From: Octopus vulgaris
Taxonomy: Eukaryota
Length of the DNA: 64,000 bases
Reading direction: 5' to 3'
NCBI GenBank assembly: GCA_951406725.2
Contig: OX597828.1
Span: 67,332,001 to 67,396,000 of the forward strand
Positions 54,477-64,000 of this stretch are shown piece by piece. Positions within the stretch are counted from its first letter, which is position 1. The number at the start of each line of letters is the position of its first letter. Below the pieces are notes generated by a model. It made no database searches, was not told the origin of the DNA, and saw only the letters and a list, made by a program, of their open reading frames with translations. A program made the position numbers and the translations under genes.

Positions 54477-55082
54477 CTTTTCTACAAGGCCCGAAATTTT
54501 GGGGGAGGAAGCCAGTCGATTAGATCGACCCCAGTACGTAAATGGTACTTAATTTATCGACCTCGAAAGGATGAAAGGCACAGTCAACTTCGGCGGAATT
54601 TGAACTCAGAACGTAACAGCAGACGAAATACCGCTAAGCATTTCACTCGGCGTGCTAACGTTTCTTATTTCTTTATTACCCACAAAGGGATAAACATAGA
54701 GGGGACACACAAGGACAGACAAAGGAATTAAGTCGATTACATCGACCCCAGGGCGTAGCTGGTACTTAATTTATCGACCCCGAAAGGATGAAAGGCAAAG
54801 TCGACCTCGGCGGAATTTGAACTCACAACGTAACGGCAGACGAAATACATATTTCTTTACTACACACAAGGGGCTAAACACAGAGAGGACAAACAAGAAC
54901 AGACACACGGATTAAGTCGATTACATCGACCTCAGTGCGTAACTGGTACTTAATTTATCGACCCTGAAAAGATGAAAGGCAAAGTCAACCTCGGCGGAAT
55001 TTGAACTCAGAACGTAACAGCAGACGAAATGCCGCTAAGCATTTCGCTCGGCGTGCTAACATTTCTGCCAGCTCGCCGCCTT
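54477..55082 (-). mobile_element. SINE family C trimer (two long-tail units plus one short-tail unit) inside one TSD
   Basis: Three tandem bodies; gagtgcttctgtatt duplicated on both flanks. Confidence 0.9.
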
Positions 55083-55651
55083 ATGAGTGCTTCTGTATTA
55101 AGATATTAATGTATTCCAGTCGTGACCATCCTGTCTTTTTAGGTGTGTGTAGGACTAGATGTTTCATGCGTCCTTTGTTGTTTGAAAGTGCAATTTCGGG
55201 GAAGAATTTCACTGCTTCTTCTAGCAAGGCTAGCGACGACCAAGAAGTACACTTAGTGTAGTCCCAAAACGAATACGGCCATATCTCATTACCACGATAC
55301 GGTTAGGAAGTGTGATGTGATTTTTCAGACGTGTTCACTAATTATTTACAAGATTTGCATTTGAAATAATTATATGCCGTTAATTTATACTGTGAAATCT
55401 AACTAGGTGTCACAGGATTAAATTTAAATCATAGATAAATAGTTTGTCAAGATTCTTACAGTGGTTTCAATCAATTAGAGTGTGGCTTATATTTGATTAT
55501 ATCGAACAAACACTCATTACAGTCTGGTCAGTACTTTGTCGATCTCTAATATAAAAAGACGCAAACTGACGCACTGTTTTACACTGCTATAAACACACAC
55601 ATAGACACATATTATGTAAGTAGGTATACCTTGCAGTACACTGCAATACAA

Positions 55652-55882
55652 GGCGGCGAGCTGGTAGAAACGTTAGCACGCCGGGCGAAATGCGTTGCCG
55701 TATTTCGCCTGTCGTTACGTTCGAAGTTCAAATTCCGCCGAGGTCGACTTTGCCTTTCATCCTTTCGGGGTCGATAAATTAAGTACCAGTCACGTACTGG
55801 GTTCGATGTAATCGACTTAATCCCTTTGTCTGTCCTTGTTTGTCCCCTCTGTGTTTAGCCCTTTGTGGGTAGTAAAGAAATA
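55652..55882 (+). mobile_element. SINE family C monomer
   Basis: ggcggcgagctggtagaaacgttagcacg..tgggtagtaaagaaata. Confidence 0.9.
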
Positions 55883-56389
55883 AATGCACTGTGCATGTAT
55901 GGTTCGTGTCGTTTAATGAATACAGAAGTTATACGTGAGTTATCTCAAGTTTCATGATCGAGTTGACTAGTAATCGGACGGCCTTGTTAAACCTCCACTA
56001 TACGATCTGGCAATCGCTTGGATTCGGATGACATGGCTACTCCGTGAGGGCATGCAAAAAGAAAAAGTTTTTTTCGCATAACTTATTTTTCTTTCTCACT
56101 GGAATAACCATTTTATTTGAGACTCATTGTAGGACCTATACAATCCCATCTGATTACTGCATTATCAGAACATGAGCTTGAAGTAGCTTACATATAACTT
56201 TTGCTTTCATTAAAGGATATTTATATCTCGTTAGATTGACTCCTGTTTTCCTAACTCTATCAACAAGCGAACAATACACTGTATATATATTTGTATATTT
56301 TAGCCAATTGGCCAACCTATTTCATTGAAAAGGCATGATAAATGCTAACCAAGTTGGCACAGTCACCAAACCGTGACATGTAAGTCACA

Positions 56390-56485
56390 TACTGATTGGT
56401 CAAAACACATTTCGTGAGATTCAGCCTGCTGGAGCCTATCGGAAGATATTTAAAGGGCAAATTTAATCATTTCACTACAGTTGTC
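56390..56485 (+). promoter_or_regulatory. Candidate Pol II core promoter (reverse CCAAT, TATA-like box, Inr-like)
   Basis: ctgattggtc at 56392, TATTTAAAG at 56447-56455, and caGTT with its A at 56479 (32 nt after the TATA start). Motif spacing only. Confidence 0.25.
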
Positions 56486-56504
56486 AACTGTTGAACACAA
56501 CTGT

Positions 56505-56576
<72 letters not shown>

Positions 56577-57469
56577 ATAAGCCTGATGATTGCGTAACGC
56601 ATGACGGTGCTAGTTTTATCACAATATATAAATTAATGATATTCTATTATTATAGTATTTCGAAATTGCAAAATTTGTAAATAATGTTAGAATTTCATTG
56701 ATTTTTTCCTTTTCTTTTTCTCGCCTGCCAGGGGGTTTTGTGCGCGCGTGTGTATGCATACATATATATACATTTGTATGCATTCATGCTTTGCCTATAT
56801 ATGTATGTGTATGTATGTAGCCATGTACCTAGAAAAGCAATCAATATCCATGTAAGTAATCTCCACAAACCATGAATCCACAAACACTTTCCACTTTACT
56901 AGAATGAGGGGCAACTGAAAATAATGAGACTAAGACATAAAAATTCACAAACAGGCATAACAAATATGTATCCCCATCATCAGCTGCCAAACGGATACCA
57001 CTATGTTTTCGACACCTGGGCAGAACCATTCATTCTGGCGATGTCAACATAAATGCTGTCTGGGATTCAGTAGTAATCGGCAGGAGCAAAATACGTAACA
57101 TGTCCAATACGCCAACATAAATTTATTAATAGAAGCAACAGCATCAAATTAAGGATTTAATATAGACTTATAATAGGCGGCCAGCTGACAGAATCGTTAG
57201 CACGCCGGGTAAAATGTATAGCAGCATTTGGACCGTTTTTATATTCTGAGTTCAAATTCCCCTGAGGTAGGCGTTGGTTTTCATCCTTTCGGGATCGATG
57301 AAATAAGTATCAACGGAACAGTGGGGGTTAATGTAATCGACTGCTGGCCTTGTGCGAAAATTTTAAATCAATATTAACTTATAATTAAAAAATTATAATT
57401 AAATTAACTTATAATTAAAAAAACAGTTTTCCCAAAAGAGGATACTATGGTTCTAAAATTATAATATAT

Positions 57470-57690
57470 ATTTCTTTACTACCCACAAGGGGCTAAACAC
57501 AGAGGGGACAAACAAGGACAGACAAAGGGATTAATTGGATTACATCGACCCTAGTGCGTAACTGGTACTTGATTTACCAACCCCGAAAGGATGAAAGGCA
57601 AAGTCGACCTCGGCGGAATTTGAACTCAGAACGTAAAGAGAGACGAAATATGGCTACGCATATCGCCCGGTGTGCTAACGTTTCTACCAG
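57470..57690 (-). mobile_element. SINE family C monomer
   Basis: Same body as 2418-2646. Confidence 0.85.
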
Positions 57691-58442
57691 GCTGTGTATA
57701 AAGTCCACTTTCTAGTTATTGGTTTTCCAAAGACTCCAGAAGAAGAAAGCTGCTCAAGATGTCACTCAGCGGCTTCGAACCCGGAACCACGTTGTTATGA
57801 AGCGAATGTAACGGCATGTAACGGTGCCTACACCGATTCACAATGCAGGTAAATGTATTAAGATATTATTAGCGGGATGTTGTAGCTGTTGAAGTAAATT
57901 ATATTAATGCTAACAGCTAAACAGTGAAATTGTGAGGGTTAAGCGGAAATGCTGCAGCGATGAATTTACAAAGTAAATAAACATTTCTATGTCGTTGCTT
58001 TGTCTTGTTGTTTTATCCTAATGTTTGACAGTGTTGGAAAGATAAAAAAAAAACATATTGGAAAATTTTGAAAATGTGTTTATCTCAGCTGGTAACAGGT
58101 GAAATTGGAAGTAAAAATAACCAAAAATGTTGAAATATTGGAGATAACGTTATTATCTAATTAAAACCGGAGAATCGGTTTGTTTTGTATGTGTCAACAA
58201 TGAATAGGAATGGTACACAAATTCTTGCAGCTCTGTTGGAGTTTGCTATGGTTTTTTGCCTTTAGGAACCTAGCGATAGGTGTTACTCATAGAATTCTTT
58301 GTTGTTGGACTTGCATTATTAATTTCTGGTTGTAACTGGTTAACCCTTGCTGGGTGAGGTGTTGCACGGCAGAGGAACCATGCTGCTGCCATTCATGCTG
58401 CTGCCATTCATGCTGCTGCTGCTGTTGCTACTGTTGTTGCTG

Positions 58443-58828
58443 TTGAGCGAAGCGGTCTTCGTGCCAGAGCTCGCAAGATCGCGCCTCAGAATTGTCTGTA
58501 GGAGTCCGAATCACGGTCCTTTGCTATTCGTAAGACCCGCAGAAGAGAAAGCAGGTCAACCCCCGACACCGAGAGCATCGACGGATGGATGAATGCGCAT
58601 CCAGGCTCAGCGGTTGCGTAGGAAGTCGGGGACAAGAAACAGGAAGAAAGAGTGAGAGAAAGTTGGATCGAAAGAGTACAACAGGGGTCGCCACCACCCC
58701 CTGCCGGCGCCTCGTGGAGCTTTCGGTGCTTTCGCTCAATAAACACACACAACGCCCGGTCTGGGAATCGAAACCGCGATCCTCCGACCGCGAGTCCGCT
58801 GCCCTAACCATTGGGCCATCGCGCCTCC
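58443..58828 (-). mobile_element. SINE family A, full length (tail type 1)
   Basis: Near-identical to 8443-8804 with a longer tail. Confidence 0.9.
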
Positions 58829-59260
58829 ACTGTTGCAGCTGCTGTTGTTGTTGTTTTAGCTTAAGGTGAAGCATGATCGAACTGACCTAGAATCAAAGGG
58901 GCTTCAGCTATAAATGTCAGGTCTTTCTTTCGTGCATTGCACATCTGCTGCAATTACATTATTCAGTGGATCCTTCCTTTAATCTGATGACGATTTAACT
59001 GCTATATTTAGCATGACTAGTTATCAATTCAAGGCGACATCGTTTGCTCGTTGGTGGAGTGGGATTAACCCGGTACACACCAAAAGCGCTACAACCGTGA
59101 CCGTTCAGTCTCTGTTTAAAATATAATATATGTCTACAACTACACTATCCTCCATATAGGTTTATTTTTAAGACGGTGGGGTGTGATTTGATGGAGATTT
59201 CATTAAGATTAGCAACATTAATCATACCTTCTTTCTTTCCCTCCTCTTTCTCTCTCCCCC

Positions 59261-59303
<43 letters not shown>

Positions 59304-59368
59304 TAGTTATACATCCACCAACTATAACACTTCAGAAAGTAATCACCTTGCTTTGAAGCAAATGCGCG

Positions 59369-59426
<58 letters not shown>

Positions 59427-59864
59427 GAGAAACACACTCATATATATATATATGCATATGTGTGATTATATATATCTATGTATATACAAGAGAGTTTGTG
59501 TGTGTGTGTGCGTGTGTGCGTGTGCCTGTGTGTGCGGGTGTATGTGCGTATGTCCATTATGCATCCGAAAGCTGAGTTGCCGATTTTGACATGTGGGGTA
59601 TCAAAAGATTCAGTAGTCTTTCGGCTACCAAATAAACTTTATTTTCATTTATATATCTTATACGTTATCTCAACAACCAGCCATAGTTATTTGAAAGACA
59701 CTGCTCTACAACGACCAGGTTTCATTAGAAAGTGAAAATAATTTCACACTTCCAAGTTGAACCAAAATGACAAAGTGTTGCATTACGCGAGTGACCAAAT
59801 GTGAATTAGGAAAGTAATGTTTCTCTGAATTAGTCACATCTGTACTTTAATAAACAAAGCTACT

Positions 59865-59899
<35 letters not shown>

Positions 59900-59901
<2 letters not shown>

Positions 59902-60090
59902 CTCTACCGTTGGCGATTTTTTTCCTTTGTCTTCCCTTCTCTGGATCTTTCCTTCTCCTATGTTTCCGACGAAGAGCTCCACTCGAAACGTTAAACCCTC
60001 CTTCTTTCCTTCTTTCCTGAGCGTCCAATAATACTATATTTGTTCCACGTCCTCGCGTTGTTGTGTTTTTTTGTGGTTTCTTGTTTGGAT

Positions 60091-60095
<5 letters not shown>
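59900..60095 (+). mobile_element. Penelope-like terminal-repeat fragment with hammerhead-like motif (59962-59996), between (CT)n and (TA)n
   Basis: GTTT-CCGACGA-A-GAG-ctcca-CTC-GAAA-CG-TT-AAAC; related to 14230-14458 and 45357-45456. Confidence 0.6.
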
Positions 60096-60186
<91 letters not shown>

Positions 60187-61348
60187 GCTACCAAATAGAC
60201 TATGTTTTTGGCACAGCTCTTTTTACTACTAAAATAACATCGGAAACGAGGTCGGGTCGCACAATTTTGAGGTCATTTTCAGGCAATATTTTGATTTAGT
60301 TCTAATGTTTCACTTTTGTCTGATGTTTCACGCATGCGTAGAAATCTACTCAGACAAACATTTATGAAAACGTAGACATAATTATTGTATTAAAATAAGT
60401 AACAACAAAAAAAGGCATCCATTTCTGTATATGTTATGAGGAAATACAGTCACTCAATCTCTCACATGCACGCGCACGCATACATAGAAAAGAGATGTAT
60501 GCGTATATATTTATGTACGTGTATATGATATGTGAGTGAGAGAGAGAGAGGAAGTGCCACTTACGTATAGATGCAAAAAATACATACCTGACAACACACA
60601 CCCTCACTCACACACACTCTCTCTCTCTTTCTCTCTCATGTACACGCAACATACGTGCACGCACTCACACACACACACACTAACACGCGCGCGCACACAC
60701 ACATACACACACGTCCATTTCATATACACATATATACATCTTTCACTTTCTCCTCTCTTTCACTTTTTGCTCTCACTTCAAAGCAAATCTCACTTCAAAG
60801 CAAATTTTAACTTTTCACTTTCTCCTTTCTTTCAAAAACAAAACAAAATTACGGAAATTAAAGAACGATCATATGATCCCATATGATCGACTATATGATT
60901 GAGTTGTTAACTTTGCTGCTTCAAACGAAAGAATGCAATAAAATAACTTCTTTTCACGCACACACATGCACACACACACACAAGTTCACACACACACACG
61001 CCCCCCCCCCATACACACACAAACTCTAGGTAAAATATCTGTTCGAATTATGTTATTTCTTGCACGCGCAAAATTACACCTCAAATCCAACTGAAATTAC
61101 CTTTTTCTGTTCTGTAATTTGTTTGTGATGAACGTATTTAAAAACCCGGTCTACTATATAGATAGTTTTTTCTGTAGGAATTTTGTTGCTCGACAACACA
61201 CGTGGGTGGGTGAGGGAGAATACGAAGCCTCATTCGTATATTTTGAATTCGTTGGTACTGGATGTTGGATATAGTTTGTCTGATGATATTTGAATCAGAT
61301 AGGTATGTTCAATTTTTTCATTGCTCTCTAATTTAAAATCGTGAAAAC

Positions 61349-61429
61349 TTGTGCTGATGAAGAGAATGGTAGAATTAAGATGTAATTCTTGCATCTCCAT
61401 ATCTATCTAACTCAGAAACGCGTCCGTAA
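61349..61429 (+). ncRNA. Type-I hammerhead ribozyme-like motif with extended stem II
   Basis: TTGTG-CTGATGA-a-GAG..(agaatta/taattct hairpin)..CTC-a-GAAA-CGCG-TC-CGTAA: intact core, palindromic ACGCGT stem III, GUC triplet. Confidence 0.6.
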
Positions 61430-61633
61430 TCAAATGCCGAGTGAATTTTCGTTGTTTTTCCTTAAGCCTACGTGAATTGTTTTCGAGTATACGTTGTCTG
61501 GGAGATTCTTCTTATAGTAGAAGAAATAGCTAAGTTCTTTGGCTGCTCTTTCTAAAAGTTCGGTATGTGGCAAAGCAAATTCTTTTTGCTGAACCCTAAT
61601 TATGATTATACTCATAATTATAAAAAGTAATAA

Positions 61634-61724
<91 letters not shown>

Positions 61725-61726
<2 letters not shown>

Positions 61727-62798
61727 CAATAATAAATCTCTAGACGAGATATAAACAGTAACTGCTCTATAACATAAGGGGCATCAGCCATCTGAATGTG
61801 GCTAGGGACAGGGCAGGGCGGTGGGGGTGTTACTGATGCATTTAGCACCAGGCGATCATCAACGTCACCAGGAGGGCTGACACCATCTCGGTGTCCTCTA
61901 CCCTGCAAAGGGAGATCATTCCCCGAAGAAGCGGATGCTACATACGGACCAGGTTTCAAGGTATTTGCCTATTATCAACGCATGGTAAGCACCGCTCTCC
62001 GACGAACAACTCTCTGTACAGGCTATATATTTAAGGATTTTCCAGTAAACACATTTACTGATGTAGAAAATCCGTTCGAAAGCAATAATAAATCTCTAAA
62101 CGAGATATAAACAGTAACTGCTCTATAACATAAGGGGCATCAGCCATCTAAATGTGGCTAGGGACAGGGCAGGGCTGTGGGGGTGTTACTGATGCATTTA
62201 GAGAGTTGTTCGTCGGAGAGCGGTGCTTACCATGCGTTGATAATAGGCAAATACCTTGAAACCTGGTCCGTATGTAGCATCCGCTTCTTCGGGGAATGAT
62301 CTCCCTTTGCAGGCTAGAGGACACCGAGATGGTGTCAGCCCTCCTGGTGACGTTGATGATTGCCTGGGGCTAAATGCATCAGTAACACCCCCACCGCCCT
62401 GCCCTGTCCCTAGCCACATCCAGATGGCTGATGCCTCTTATGTTATAGAGCAGTTACTGTTTATAACTCGTCTAGAGATTTATTATTGCTTTCGAACGGA
62501 TTTTCTATATCAGAAAATGTGTTTACTGGAAAATCCTTAAATATATAGCCTGTACAGAGAGTTGTTCGTCGGAGAGCGGTGCTTACCATGCGTTGATAAT
62601 AGGCAAATACCTTGAAACCTGGTCCGAATATAGCATCTGCTTCTTCGGGGAATGATCTCCCTTTGCTGGGTAGAGGACACCGAGATGGTGTCAGCCCTCC
62701 TGATGACGTTGATGATCGCCTGGGCCTAAATGCATCAGTAACACCCCCACCGCCCTGCCCTGTCCCTAGCCACATTCAGATGGCTGATGCCCCTTATG

Positions 62799-62801
<3 letters not shown>
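61725..62801. repeat. 356-bp unit in 1.3 direct plus 1.7 inverted copies between two (TA)n tracts
   Basis: agcaataataaatctc at 61725 and 62081; orientation flips at ~62201; gagagttgttcgtcgg at 62201 and 62557 (same 356 period). Confidence 0.9.
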
Positions 62802-62858
<57 letters not shown>

Positions 62859-63092
62859 GTCACTAAATATGATTAAGATGTTAGAAACACCTACATTGCC
62901 AGAAATAAGAGCTAAAATGCTCTAATACTGTAGTCAAAGTACCTACTTATATACACATATACTGACAGGGACTATAATCGCCCAAAAACACCGATCGAAA
63001 ATCTCCCATCCTTACCAGTCATTTTCTGTTGCCTCATCCGTAAGAACTGGCTGGACTTCATTGGATTCCTGAGTTCTTTGTCAGTTTTGTTT

Positions 63093-63297
63093 TATCCTTT
63101 TATTTGTTTCAGTCATTTGCCTGCGGCCATGCTGGAGCACCGCCTTTAGTCGAGCAAATCGACCCCCAGGACTTATTCTTTGTAAGCCTAATACTTACAC
63201 TATCGGTCTCTTTTTCCGAACCGCTAAGTTACAGGGACGTAAACACACCAGCATCGGTTCTCAAGGGATGTTGGGGGGGGGGACAAACACAGACACA

Positions 63298-63368
<71 letters not shown>

Positions 63369-63527
63369 GACGGGCTTCTTTCAGTTTCCGTCTATCAAAT
63401 CCACTCACGAGGCTTCGGTCGGCCCGTGGCTATAGAAGAAGACACTTTCCCAAGGTACCGCGCAATGGGACTGAACACGGAACCATGTGGTTGGTAAGCA
63501 AGATACTTACCACACATCCACTCCTGG
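63093..63527 (-). mobile_element. SINE family B, full length
   Basis: Homologous to 9540-9983. Confidence 0.9.
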
Positions 63528-63588
63528 TATGTATTTCACCATAAAATCTATGGATGATTTAGCCAATTGCTAATGTGTGTATATAAAG

Positions 63589-63787
63589 TTAATATAGACA
63601 GCAGTGTGCAATGTTTAATCAAAAAGGAAAACTATGGTTGTCACTAAATATGATTAGGGTGTAAATATGATTAAATATGATTACCTCTTATTTCTAGCAG
63701 TGTAAATGTCTCTAACACCCTATTCATATTTAGTGACAATTATAGTTTTCAATTTTGGTAAAACATTGCACACTGCTGTCTATATTA

Positions 63788-63788
<1 letters not shown>
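63589..63788. repeat. Imperfect inverted repeat (~73-bp arms); a third partial copy lies at 62855-62912
   Basis: ttaatatagacagcagtgtgcaatgttt..gaaaactat..ttgtcactaaatatga..tagggtgt is present on both strands. Confidence 0.85.
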
Positions 63789-63829
<41 letters not shown>

Positions 63830-64000
63830 CCATTGCTAAAATGTCATCTTTAAGATATCATACAAGCACTAACACACGCACGCTGACACACGCACATACA
63901 TACACACATACGTATGTGTGAATTTATTCCTGTTTGTGTATCTGTGTTGCATATGTATCTTTGTGTGCGTGTGTGTTTATGCGTGTATCTGCGTGCGAGT

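Noticed and set aside
62053-62093. CTGATGt-a-GAA..TTC-GAAA as a firm hammerhead call
   Set aside because: The core is altered (CTGATAT in the other copy), stem III does not form, and the segment is sequestered in a stronger hairpin. Kept only as a hypothesis.
61796-62110. 104-aa ORF recurring in several copies (MWLGTGQGGG..)
   Set aside because: Recurrence follows from the DNA repeat. There is no recognisable domain, and an antisense ORF is equally open.

Overview
AT-rich, repeat-saturated eukaryotic non-coding DNA. The SINE and microsatellite make-up resembles an octopus/coleoid cephalopod genome (inference from recognition, not a search). I found no host protein-coding exon I can support; almost all ORFs in the track are translations of microsatellites or SINEs. 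The window holds many tRNA-headed SINEs of at least four families and degenerate remnants of CR1, RTE, L1/Tx1, R4/Dong, Penelope-like, Gypsy and Tigger/pogo elements. It also holds a complete non-autonomous Helitron, a mariner-type MITE and an 8-bp-TSD MITE carrying telomere-like repeats. The most interesting signal is a set of minimal type-I hammerhead-ribozyme-like motifs, all on the + strand, in short elements beside (TA)n or other microsatellite tracts. One of them sits in a ~300-nt tandem unit, resembling a retrozyme or Penelope pLTR. A highly structured 356-bp unit forms a direct-plus-inverted array between two (TA)n tracts near the window end. All structures were folded by eye, and most element boundaries are approximate.
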